Part shown: positions 1-10,715 of the stretch, piece by piece
How positions within the stretch are numbered: the stretch's first letter is position 1
Layout: each line of letters begins with the position of its first letter
Source of the DNA: Ginkgo biloba
Taxonomy: Eukaryota > Plantae > Ginkgophyta
Reading direction: 5' to 3'
DNA: 20,694 nt
Assembly: GCA_024626585.2 (NCBI GenBank)
Contig: JANKJI020000002.1
Location: forward strand, 202,025,181-202,045,874
Made by a program: the position numbers and the translations under genes
The notes under the pieces: generated by a model
What the model saw: the letters and a program-made list of their open reading frames with translations, nothing else
Databases searched by the model: none
What the model was told of the DNA's origin: nothing

Positions 1-1206
1 GATAAAAAAATAATTATTTCTCTAGAAACATGCTTATAAAAGTGGAAAAGTTTATGTTCTTGTTGTCATACAAATATTGAAGTAGTTATGAAAAAGAAGA
101 TTATTCAAGTTGGAATTTGTTACTAATAAAAAAAATTAGAAGTAATGTTTTGAATAGAAAGATAACAAGTTTGATAGAAATAAAATGAATAATGATTAAA
201 AAAAAATAAATTACAAAGATCAAACATAAGTGATAATAAAACCAATATTACATGGATTTATATAATCTTATTTAATCCATGAATTATAAGATAAAATCAT
301 AAACATTACACCCATTTAGGTGTATAAAATGATATGCATCTTCCAAGATAAAAATGAAGACGAAATAATGATTTTAATGCTTTTTATAGAAATCCTCATC
401 TNNNNNNNNNNNNNNNNNNNNNNNNNNNNNTTACTTACTAGAAAATCACATAATGGGAAGTACTACAAAATATTATGACTATCCATACCATACTATCAAT
501 ATTTTCTCTAAATAAATAAACATTGTAATAAACCAAGTATTTATAAGTATGTGGATAAAAATTAGAAAAGGATAACTAAAAGGGAGAAAAAAATTACAAA
601 GGATGTAAAGTACAAAAGAAAACTTGTATACGGTTCTAAAATACAATGTCAGTTACATGGATATGAAGAACATACACCTTTCACCTGATTATTTGTAACA
701 TCTAAGAAATATTCTATTTGCAATTATATAACAACTAGGACCTCATGCATTCTTTGCTACTTTATAAGTGAAAAGCATCAATGGATGTTATTATATAAAA
801 CAATAAAATTTTTACATACACAATGAGAGTATAGAAAAGTAAGACATAATTGTTTTTTGATAAGAAAAGATCCACAAACTTATGTTCGATATTATAGGCA
901 TAGGATAAATGCTTTAGGCCAATTGTTATACAATGAGAATATGTTCTTTGGATAAATAATAGATTATTGTTTCATATGATAATTTCAAAATAGATGCAAT
1001 GAGCAAAATCATGCTTTGTTGTGTGTAATAGAAACTTATATATGAAACAAACAAAAATAAATAAGTAGAAGATTTAATAAAAAAAACATTTATAATGTGA
1101 CTAAACNNNNNNNNNNNNNNNNNNNNNNNNNNNNNNNNNNNNNNNNNNNNNNNNNNNNNNNNNNNNNNNNNNNNNNNNNNNNNNNNNNNNNNNNNNNNNN
1201 NNNNNN

Positions 1207-2166
1207 CATCTGGGTTCAATGTCCTCATCTCCTCCTCCTACATGTCCCCTTAGCGTTTAGTGTTAAAATCCACCTCAATAGTTATAGTCATTAATGGAAT
1301 CCCTTTTTCCATTAGCTAAAGATCACTTCTAGGTATAGGCCGCTATGCCCTATATATTTAATTCTAGTATGGGTGTCCATGCCCTATCTCTTCACTTGAA
1401 CATTAAAGTTTGATAATTTTCTATCATTCCCTTTGACTTCCATCTTTGAATTAAAAAATATTGTCCCTTTTTAATTTACTGACCTATGGTAGATCTTGAT
1501 CTTTCTCTATATATTTTCCTGCTATCAAATTTTATTTTTGCCTTCCTTCGTTGATTTGAATTTTCTCCTTCTTTTCCCTTTCATTTTCCTTTTATTTTAA
1601 TTGTTTCATTTTCTTTATTTTTGGACTATTTTGTATTAGTGTTATCCTATCCTTNNNNNNNNNNNNNNNNNNNNNNNNNNNNNNNNNNNNNNATCAATCA
1701 TCACCCTGCTAATGCATGTTAGTCTACTTCCTTTTCTTCTCACTAATCCCTCTTCTCCAAAATACTTGTCGACAATATCGGTCATCCTTTGACTTATGTC
1801 AATCTTCATTTCCTCTATTAGTGTCTATCACCTGACTCCTCATCGACCTTATCGCTAGCCACCAACATGCTCCACTGATGTTGTCTACCAAAACCATGTC
1901 AATTCTCCCTTTTCCTATCAAACATCATCATCAGACATCAACCTACTTTCATACTCCTTTGACCATGTTGGTTCTCTCTGACGCAGGTCAACCTTCATTC
2001 TCCTTGTCAGTGCCAGTTTCCATTTTTCTCATCAGGCATCGATGTCAGGCTTCACTACACCGATGGTCAAGAGCCAAACATTTGCTCATTGATGATGTTA
2101 GTCTCTTCCAATGACATTGGTTGTACACTCCATTCCATATCAGTATTGATCAATCCAAAACTGACA
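1207..2166 (-). mobile_element. LTR (copy A1) of an old LTR-retrotransposon family, probably Ty3/Gypsy; left end lost in a gap
   Basis: Alignable by eye over about 1 kb with 6506-7487 (e.g. ttcaatgtcctcaYctcctcctc, ggtataggccNctatgccct, accatgttggttctc). On the minus strand it begins TGTCAG at 2166, directly after a purine-rich tract. Confidence 0.65.
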
Positions 2167-2180
2167 CACTTCATCCCCAC
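2167..2180 (-). promoter_or_regulatory. Putative polypurine tract abutting LTR A1
   Basis: Minus strand reads gtggggatgaagtg|TGTCAG. The same tract (tggggatgaagtg) is conserved next to copy A2 at 7488-7500. Confidence 0.45.
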
Positions 2181-2639
2181 ATGACTCTGTTGATTGTTGA
2201 CTCACCTTTTCTTTTATCCACCTTGAAGGAAAATCCCATAATTGGTTCTGTTAGTAGAAAAGTGATTAGCAACACATGAATAATAATAACTAGCTCACTT
2301 TGTATACTTGTTTCTTTAATCAGTATGAGGATACATGGGATCGATATTTATTTAACAAGTTGACTCACCTTTGCTAGATTTTCTCTATGGTAGCATACAC
2401 TCATGAATTCTAAGCTCTCTAGAATCTGGTCTCTCAATGTTTGGATCGTGGCACACTCATAGAAACCTTCATCTTAGGTTTGAAAGAATGCATCCACATC
2501 CATACTAAGACACNNNNNNNNNNNNNNNNNNNNNNNNNNNNNNNNNNNNNNNNNNNNNNNNNNNNNNNNNNNNNNNNNNNNNNNNNNNNNNNNNNNNNNN
2601 NNNNNNNNNNNNNCCTTCTTTAAAAAATATTCATGAGCT

Positions 2640-3556
2640 CCTACTCTTACCTCTTATTGCTTCTTCTACATTTACTCATTACATACCACTCCATTTCTTC
2701 TAACTCTTCTAATTCCACCTTTTGGATAAAATCTCCTTTCATTTCTTCTTTTATCTATAGCTTCTCTTTTGTAACCAATACCCCACTTCTTTTAGAACTT
2801 GTTCTTAGTGATCTACTCTAGCCTTTTCTTTTTTCCTCCCCTTTCACTTGCAAATTCCTTCCATTAATCAAAATTCCCTTTTCTCATGGCACTTTCATTA
2901 TGCCTACTTTTTTCTTTAACCAAATCCCCCTTCAGTCCTTCCTCCTCAACTTGCTATAATATTTTCTTATTGTAATAATCCTTATCTTCTCTAAAGGTGG
3001 CTTTTCCTACCACATCCAATTTTTTGTCTTTTTGGTGCTCCTTTATGAGCACATCCGAATTCAATGGCTCCTTCAATAGAGGATTCTTGACACTTACTAC
3101 CTCTTCCTTTCAAGGTTTCTATTGCATTCTCTTTACCTATTGCACTACCCCAACTACTCCCTTCCTAAGATCTCTGCTCATATTATTTCTCTCACTATCA
3201 CCCTACTTATACCTTTGAATTACAATCTCTCCTAGAGATTTATTAGCATACCCATGGTAATCACAATCATTATCCTTCATTTCCATGGCCTACATGGCCT
3301 TATCAAGAGATTCCTTTTTTATGTTCATATCCTACTTGCTGCCTTCTTCATCATCTTATTCATTCCCACCTTTGAAGGATATATCCAACCTATCATCAAT
3401 ACCATGGGAAACCTTCATGGTTTCTTTTGCTACCACTTCCCTATGTCTATCATTTGGACATCTCCTATAGCCTATCAAATTTTCCTGTCTGACCTTCAAA
3501 TTTCCTTGTCTTCTTAGCAAACATATCATGTCTATCAACTCTTGAATATCATCCAT
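2640..3556 (-). pseudogene. Decayed Gag-like ORF: short coiled coil, degenerate CCHC zinc knuckle, then E/K-rich low-complexity region
   Basis: ORF 3556-3356 MDDIQELIDMICLLRRQ...IGYRRCPNDRHREVVA has Y-X2-C-X4-H-X4-A spacing (3469-3428), i.e. CX2CX4HX4C with both outer Cys lost. The purine-rich minus-strand reading continues with scattered stops. The lower boundary is approximate. Confidence 0.5.
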
Positions 3557-3858
3557 CTAACGCATGTTGATTGTTTCTCATTTGACATTTCTCCACTGAT
3601 GTTTATTTCCCCTTAGTTTTTAGTCTACACTATACTCTATTTGACGTACGTTATCCTCTGCTCATTGGACAATATCCCACTGATGGTATTGGTGCTTCTT
3701 AAGAGTTCCTTTTGCCTGTGCATGACCATCACCCTTATCACCATCCACTACAACCTTCNNNNNNNNNNNNNNNNNNNNNNNNNNNNNNNNNNNNNNNNNN
3801 NNNNNNNNNNNNNNNNNNNNNNNNNNNNNNNNNNNNNNNNNNNNNNNNNNNNNNNNNN

Positions 3859-4153
3859 TTCCAAGGAGAAAAATAATAAATATTATATTCTTGAATGAGT
3901 GAGAATAAATGACGAGAGATGGCCTTATATAGGCTAGAAAGTGGGCACCTCACTCCAAGGGTCATAACCTTTTTAAAGGCAGGCTCGAGTTCACTTATAA
4001 AGTCCCTAACTATCCCTTAAAGTATTTTGCCTTATTTTGGGGACTTATAAATCCAATTTGAGGCTATTTTAACTTTATTTTATGTACACCTTAAGATTAG
4101 ACCTTAGTTAAGGCCACTTTTAGGGTTTTGAGTCCATGTTATGTATCTTTACA
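3859..4153 (-). mobile_element. 3' LTR of a second LTR element (family B); far end lies in the gap
   Basis: Minus strand gggggggcatattg|TGTAAAGA (G-run PPT then TG terminus at about 4153). TATA-like cctatataagg at 3933-3923. No visible similarity to LTR A. Confidence 0.65.
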
Positions 4154-4167
4154 CAATATGCCCCCCC
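4154..4167 (-). promoter_or_regulatory. Polypurine tract of element B
   Basis: G7 run (plus strand ccccccc, 4161-4167) a few nt from a TG LTR terminus. Confidence 0.6.
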
Positions 4168-4563
4168 ACGTAGAGATGCCTTTCCCTCGAGAAATTATAT
4201 ACAAAGTTTTCTCTATTTTTTCCTTCATTTTTATCAATGTTGGAGTCCAATGGTGTCTACTTCTATTTCATCCTCACTATCATCAATTTGAACCTCTAAC
4301 TGGGACTTTCTTACATACTCTAGAAAGGGTAATTTTTCTTCCTTTTGGCCCTACTAGCCTTCATTTATCATCGTTACTTGCTCAGGAAACTCTCGTATGA
4401 TATCATAGGAATCCTTTGTCATTCCCTCTTTACTTCTTCCTCCTAAAACCACCTATAGGTCTCTAACCATGAATTTGAGTAACAATATATCCTCTTGCAT
4501 GNNNNNNNNNNNNNNNNNCTCTCCTTTTTATTCCTCTGATGCTTCTTCAGGCTTGTTAGTTCA

Positions 4564-5396
4564 TTAGTTCTTTATACCCATCGGTCTCAATATTATCCAA
4601 CCAGTTCATAAATCTTTAGATTCCTCCACTTCTGTCAGGGTCTCCTTTTGTTCCTCAAATGAAACTTAGTCGCATGGAATATTTTTTTCCATCTCCTCTT
4701 TGTTTAACCTCTCCATGGGCCTGCATAGACAACCCTCCTTAGTGTCATCCAAATATTCTATGTTAGTCTTTGGATCACACACCACCACTTCACTAACTTC
4801 CTCAGTTTTACCCTTCCCTTGCATAGGCTCTAAAATAAACTCCTTGTCATTCCACTCTTTCTCTCTTAGAACTTTGAATGGTCCCTCTTTGTCTTGGATT
4901 ATCATCATCTCTTTCGATGTTGGTATTTCATGGAGGACTCATTCTTCCTCATTCCTTCTCATAGGACCTTTTATTGCCAATTCATTGACATCTTATGCTT
5001 TCATTTTATCCCTTATGAACCATTTCATAGGTTTCAATGTAGTCCTCTTTTTCTTATTACTTTTGCTGGAGGCTTCTCCACCCTACTCAAAGAATGCTTC
5101 CACCAAGGATGGCCATTCTTCTTCTCTATTCTCCAATTGTAGTTGTATGCTTTTATAAGGGTTTCTAGTTCCCCCTTTCTCGTCAACTTGTACTACTCCT
5201 TTATCATCTTCCATAACTATTTTTCTTGTTAGATCCTTCATTCTTCTTTCGCTAATTCTACAACTTATTTCTTCGAAGCTTTTATTTCTTCCAATGTTGT
5301 TTCCAAAGGTTTCACTTTCTCTAAGACCTCAACTCGCCTTATCAAGGCCTCAAACTCCATGTTCATTAATTTATAACTCTTATCTCTTGATTCCAT
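4564..5396 (-). pseudogene. Decayed E/K-rich internal ORF of non-autonomous LTR element B (no pol domains)
   Basis: MESRDKSYKLMNMEFEALIRRVEVLEKVKPLETTLEEIK..., one apparent frameshift near 5240, then a long single frame (including track ORF 4908-4666) broken by isolated stops. Lies between the PBS at 5655-5644 and the PPT at 4167-4154. Confidence 0.5.
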
Positions 5397-5643
5397 CCTT
5401 TATTCTCTGCACCTCACAACCAACTCCTTAGCCCCTTCAACACCCTTCAATGGCACAACTCAATATTCTTCACCAATAAGATTTAACTAGCTCTGATACT
5501 TGATCTTGTACTTCCATAAATATTTGGCCTTTACTATGTTTTCTCCCATGATTCATTCTTTATATTTGATACCAAATGATGGTATCAGACTTATCCCTCC
5601 AACCTCTAGTCTTCATAACACTTTTTACACTGAGATTTCCCTA

Positions 5644-5655
5644 TCTCTAATACCA
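5644..5655 (-). promoter_or_regulatory. Primer-binding site for initiator tRNA-Met (degenerate)
   Basis: Minus strand TGGTATTAGAGA, 10/12 match to TGGTATCAGAGC. Preceded on the minus strand by ...cctacatCA-tc, consistent with an LTR end at about 5658-5661. Confidence 0.7.
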
Positions 5656-5657
5656 GA

Positions 5658-5682
5658 TGATGTAGGATAGTTGAGGCTATAC
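5658..5682 (-). mobile_element. 3' terminus of a 5' LTR running into the ~580-N gap
   Basis: Plus strand TGATGTAGG..., 2-5 nt from the PBS. Confidence 0.5.
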
Positions 5683-6264
5683 NNNNNNNNNNNNNNNNNN
5701 NNNNNNNNNNNNNNNNNNNNNNNNNNNNNNNNNNNNNNNNNNNNNNNNNNNNNNNNNNNNNNNNNNNNNNNNNNNNNNNNNNNNNNNNNNNNNNNNNNNN
5801 NNNNNNNNNNNNNNNNNNNNNNNNNNNNNNNNNNNNNNNNNNNNNNNNNNNNNNNNNNNNNNNNNNNNNNNNNNNNNNNNNNNNNNNNNNNNNNNNNNNN
5901 NNNNNNNNNNNNNNNNNNNNNNNNNNNNNNNNNNNNNNNNNNNNNNNNNNNNNNNNNNNNNNNNNNNNNNNNNNNNNNNNNNNNNNNNNNNNNNNNNNNN
6001 NNNNNNNNNNNNNNNNNNNNNNNNNNNNNNNNNNNNNNNNNNNNNNNNNNNNNNNNNNNNNNNNNNNNNNNNNNNNNNNNNNNNNNNNNNNNNNNNNNNN
6101 NNNNNNNNNNNNNNNNNNNNNNNNNNNNNNNNNNNNNNNNNNNNNNNNNNNNNNNNNNNNNNNNNNNNNNNNNNNNNNNNNNNNNNNNNNNNNNNNNNNN
6201 NNNNNNNNNNNNNNNNNNNNNNNNNNNNNNNNNNNNNNNNNNNNNNNNNNNNNNNNNNNNNNNN

Positions 6265-7525
6265 GAGGGTTTTCTATTCGAATTATCTAGCTACCTCTAT
6301 CAATGCTCTACTAATTCTCCTCAAACTATCATAGTTTCCTATAAATCAACAAATTGATCGCTACCTCCATTGCTTTGTATTGTGGGACTACCTTTATCAA
6401 CGCTCTGCTCCCTCATCTCAGCATCTCACACCCTTAAATGCTTCCACTAATGAATTCATCCTTTTTCTCCCCCTGATTTGGCTCCTCCATTTTAGCTAAC
6501 ACAGTCACCTAGCTTCAATGTCCTCACCTCCTCCTCTTGCATGTATCCTTGGTGCTTAACATTAAAATCCACCTAGGTAGTTGTAGTTATTAATGGTTTC
6601 CCTTTCTCCATTGGATGAATATCATTTCCAGGTATAGGCCTCTATGCCCTCATATTTAACTCTAGTATGGACATCCATGCATTGTCTTTGCACTTAAGCA
6701 TTAAAGTATGATAATGTGTCACCATGCCCTTTATCTTCACCTTCACACCATATTTGAATTTAAATATATTAGCCCTTTTTAATTCATTAACTCATGATAA
6801 ATATTGATCCTTCTTTGCATCTTTTCTTGTTGTCGAACACCATTTTGGCCTTCCGTCATTAGTCTAAAATTTCTCCCTATTTTCCCTTTCATTTCCTTTT
6901 TATTTTAATTCTTTCATTTTCTTTATTTTTGGCCTTCTCTCTATTGGTGTTGGCCTATCCTTCCCTAACCTTGTCAGTCTCCACATTATCAGTCACCATC
7001 ATTCATCACTCTATCAATGCATGTCGATCTGCTTCCTTATCTTCTCACTAATTCCTCTTCTCAAAATTATTCGTAGACAATGTTGATCATCCTCTAACTT
7101 ATGTTAGTCTTCACTTCCTTCGTCAGCATCTATCACTCAACTCCTCACTAATGCTATCGATGTCCACTAACATTCTCCACCAATGTTGTTGAGCAAACCC
7201 ATGTTGGTCCTTCTTTTCAATATTGATTGTCAGACACCAATCTCCTTGCATACTCCTCCAACCATGTTGGTTCTCCCCGACATAGGTCAACCCTAATTCT
7301 CCTTATCAATGTCAACTTCCCTTTTTCTCATTGAACATCAATATTAGACTCTCTTCTATCGATGGTCATTGGCTATCCCTTGGCCTTACCAACATCGATT
7401 AAACCTTTATAAAAAATCTTGATCTCACTCAATGATATCGATTAGCCACTCTAAACCACATTGATGTTGGTCAAGAAAACCCTAATACACTTCATCCCCA
7501 TAATAATCTATAGATCATTGAATCA
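6265..7525 (-). mobile_element. LTR copy A2 with adjacent PPT and a stub of internal sequence
   Basis: 6506-7525 is a diverged direct repeat of 1207-2204. Minus strand tggggatgaagtg|TATTAGGGTTTT looks like a TGTTAGGG terminus with a G>A change at about 7487. Confidence 0.65.
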
Positions 7526-7625
7526 NNNNNNNNNNNNNNNNNNNNNNNNNNNNNNNNNNNNNNNNNNNNNNNNNNNNNNNNNNNNNNNNNNNNNNNNNNN
7601 NNNNNNNNNNNNNNNNNNNNNNNNN

Positions 7626-8986
7626 AGAGAAACATAATCTTTTGGTAGGAAGGAAAGGAGCACAAAATCATATACCCTAGAATTTTACAATTAATCATTA
7701 ATCAAGCATTAGTTGGGATAAGAAGAGAAAAAATAGTGGAAGAAAACTTAGTGGTAGTGGTATAAAATCTATTGAATGTTGTAGAGGGATGAGACGAGGC
7801 CGAAAAGTAAGAAAGGAAGTGAAAGGAAAAAGCATCGACATTGGGTCATAAGGAGAAGAAATTGGTAAACTTTCTTAGTCAATGAATTCCTCCTAAGATT
7901 ACAATAAAAAATTTAAGGAAGAAGTACAAACAATCCCAACTCCAATGTAAGGAATTATAAGAATAAGTGGAGGCTCATCAGTTGGAAATGGAGAAATACA
8001 AGTCTAAGTTTAAAGTTTCATTAGAAAAAAATTGGATATAAATTGCCTTACTACAAATTGAGGATACACTAAGGAAATTTGGCTTAGCATCACTAACTCA
8101 TGACCCAGTCAAGAGCCCACTGCCTAAAAATAGAGGAGGTAAGTCTCATTCTCCTAATTTTCCACTTGATCTATCTGAAATATTTTTAATTTAAAAAGTC
8201 CTTGGGGAAAAAGATGATTTTTTAGGTTATCCCTAGAGGGAAGATAAGATGTTAGAAATAGAAACCCTCAAGATAATGTTGGAAGCATGCAAGGTTAAAT
8301 TTGAAGGGAAAATAACCTTTAAAGAGAGAGAAAGAAATTTGTTAAATAATAAAGTTGTTGATATGGAAGAGGGATTAAGAGTTTAAAAATAGATGAATGT
8401 AGAACATATGCATGCCCTTCAAACCTTAAATTAGATTGAATTAAGGATAAAATATTTGGGACAATACGTATAAGGCAATCAAGATAGCATAACCTTAGAC
8501 ATAATAGATTCATTTGAAGATAGCAATACTAAGAAGGAGATTGAAGTAAAAAATGGAAAGACCTTAGACATAATAGATTCATTTGAGAAGATATTGATAC
8601 TCAAGGTCCTAGCTAAATAATAGATAGAGACTCAACTTCAAAAGAGACATAGACTAAACAAAGTTCTACAAGATCACTTGAAGATGGAGAGAGATCATAG
8701 TAGTAAGTTGGATGGGAAATTGAAAGACTATAAGGGGATACTTGATGTTGTACAAGAGGCCATCAATAAGATGGTTGATGAGAAGGATAAGTTACATCTA
8801 GAAGAAGATGATTCAACTATTATATTTCAAGAAAGGATAAAAGAATTGAACGAAAATTTACCTATAGAAGTAATGAATGTGACATAAATTCCTATTGATT
8901 TGTTGAATCCCCAAAATGATATCAAGAATTTCATAATTAAATTTAAACAACCATTACTCAAAATACTATTTGCATTAAAGGATTGA
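7626..8986 (+). pseudogene. Decayed E/K-rich coiled-coil ORF, probably TE-derived
   Basis: Purine-rich plus strand with coding-like stretches such as KMERDHSSKLDGKLKDYKGILDVVQEAINKMVDEKDKLHLEE, and many stops. No recognisable enzymatic motif. Boundaries approximate. Confidence 0.35.
8423..8601 (+). repeat. Degenerate tandem repeat, 69-bp period
   Basis: accttagacataatagattcatttga is identical at 8492-8517 and 8561-8586. A weaker unit (accttaaattagattgaatt) starts at 8423. Confidence 0.75.
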
Positions 8987-9213
8987 AATTAGAATGATAT
9001 TACTTTAAAGTGTATTGATAAAATCATGGGTCCATGGCACCAAAAAGTGTTTGAACCTAATGTTCAAGGTGTGTTGTATCTATTGGTGTAAATATGCTTC
9101 TTGTGGCATGTCATATTAGAGACCTAGGTCATTATATAGCCTTATACAAGACTAAAATTCAAACAACCCTTATATTTAGCCTAAGGAGGTTGTGAAATCA
9201 ATCATAATTCATT
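8926..9213. repeat. Dispersed repeat, copy 1 (unclassified)
   Basis: Colinear with 16714-16979. Shared blocks: aaaatactatt, tttgaacctaatgtt, catgtcatatt, cctaggtca, caaacaacccttatattta. Confidence 0.8.
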
Positions 9214-9230
9214 ATACAATCTTCCACTAT

Positions 9231-9889
9231 GGTTAGAGTTATGAGGCCATTTTATCATATATATATACAAATTGCATCCAAGCATATAATCATCATGGTC
9301 TCATTGTATTGAAGGAATCTCAAGGTTTAAAGAATTCTTATTCTAGCTTATCTTATTCCTTCTAATTTTGATCACTTAAATAAGATATGGTAAGATAATT
9401 CTTCCCATTGAGAATTATCTTTAAGATTTGATATATGTCATTATCATGGAGGTCATTTCTATCATATTTGTAGGATTTCACCATCACTATTAAGGCTTGA
9501 CATCATTCATTTACTCAACTACTTGTTGCATGGGAGATGGTTGGAGGGAGAAAAGATTAGGATCATGTCATCCATGGTATGGCCTATACTTGGTANNNNN
9601 NNNNNNNNNNNNNNNNNNNNNNNNNNNNNNNNNNNNNNNNNNNNNNNNNNNNNNNNNNNNNNNNNNNNNNNNNNNNNNNNNNNNNNNNNNNNNNNGTGTA
9701 ATGCCATTATAAATACATGATGTATCATGCCATGTAATTGTTAGAGTATACAATTTAATGGAAGCATTTCGTGTAATAGAATATGATATGAAGTTTGAAC
9801 AATCGTTGAAGATCCTTAGAATTATTTGTCTTATGTGTTTTTTATGTGCAATGTGATACTAAGAGTTATGTATTATCATAATTTTAACA
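9231..9889 (+). mobile_element. 5' LTR of a truncated, probably Ty1/Copia element (spans a gap)
   Basis: Ends ...ttttAACA at 9889 immediately before a PBS. TATA-like attataaatac at 9706-9716. The start (g)GTTAGAG at about 9231 is tentative. Confidence 0.55.
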
Positions 9890-9902
9890 TGGTTTTAGAG
9901 CC
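9890..9902 (+). promoter_or_regulatory. Primer-binding site for initiator tRNA-Met (degenerate)
   Basis: TGGTTTTAGAGCC, 11/13 match to TGGTATCAGAGCC, directly after AACA. Confidence 0.7.
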
Positions 9903-9936
9903 ATATTCCTTGAATACACTGTGAGGTATTAGGGTA

Positions 9937-10010
9937 ATGGCTATAGAGAGAATGTATAGAGGACATGAGGACTAGGCAATAAGATGTTTAATGGAAATGG
10001 CACTAAATCT
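9937..10010 (+). pseudogene. Possible stub of a Copia Gag N-terminus
   Basis: ATG 35 nt after the PBS. With one frameshift it reads GLGNKMFNGNG, resembling the K-F-N/D-G-x-N start of Copia Gag. Similarity ends immediately afterwards. Confidence 0.3.
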
Positions 10011-10715
10011 ACTTTATATTTATGTAACTTTGGCCCTAGCAATAAAATGTTCTCTAATATATATCTACAAAAACTAAATCCATATTTAAATATCCATTTT
10101 TATATTACACATACTTTATCTTATAAATAGATCTGTTGCCAAGATTGAATGAGGCACAAAGGTGAGGTGATTGTAGGAAAAAGTCAAGTATGCAGATAAG
10201 AAGTGTGAGCTCTCAGAGGCAAGTCATTATGGAATGAAGAAGAAGATATAGATATTGCAATTGGTGCAAAATTTTATAGAGTCATACAACTGAGAGGAAT
10301 GTAACTGTACAAATTTATAAAAAAATTTGAACTAAATCCAAGTGAACTGAGATGAATGTGCATAAGATGAACATAAAGGAGAAGATATGTTATGTATGGA
10401 TTATGATTTTTAGCAAATAGAGGGAGTAGATAGTAAGGAATAGATTAATCAAAGAAGTAAAGGAAAAAGTACTATGAGTGAAAAATGAAGAAGCAATAAT
10501 GAATTAGGCAGCACAAAATGGTTCACAATAAATGTTTTCTAAATATTTTGAAAGATTTTAAGTTTTGTATTGATTAAATTTTATTGGAATACATTTTAAA
10601 TTCTTCCTTCAATAGAGCAAGGAAGGTCATGTAGGTAAGAAATATTTTTAATTTTTAAGTCCCCCATTTCTATAAAAATAATTTAAATATATTTCTGTTA
10701 GTTGATATAACAAAG

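Noticed and set aside
1-1106. Very AT-rich left end with a short inverted repeat (catggatt/aatccatg, 251-281)
   Set aside because: No supportable coding, RNA or TE-terminal feature; the inverted repeat is within chance expectation.
926-1294. Track ORFs containing X runs (also 2441, 3641, 3738, 5671, 7492, 9497-9753, 10908, 13156, 18099-18300, 19415)
   Set aside because: They are open only because they cross N gaps of uncertain length.
4700-5158. 152-aa plus-strand ORF, the longest gap-free ORF (similarly 2633-3517 plus-strand ORFs)
   Set aside because: S/L/F-rich antisense shadow of the purine-rich decayed minus-strand TE ORF.
9392-9421. Perfect 11-bp inverted repeat aagataattct/agaattatctt with 8-nt loop
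   Set aside because: Real but short, AT-rich and inside a putative LTR; no evidence of independent function.
10191-10236. Partial resemblance to miR156 (tgcagataagaagtgtgagctc) and miR169 (minus strand atgacttgcct)
   Set aside because: Only partial matches, and I found no complementary arm to form a precursor hairpin.
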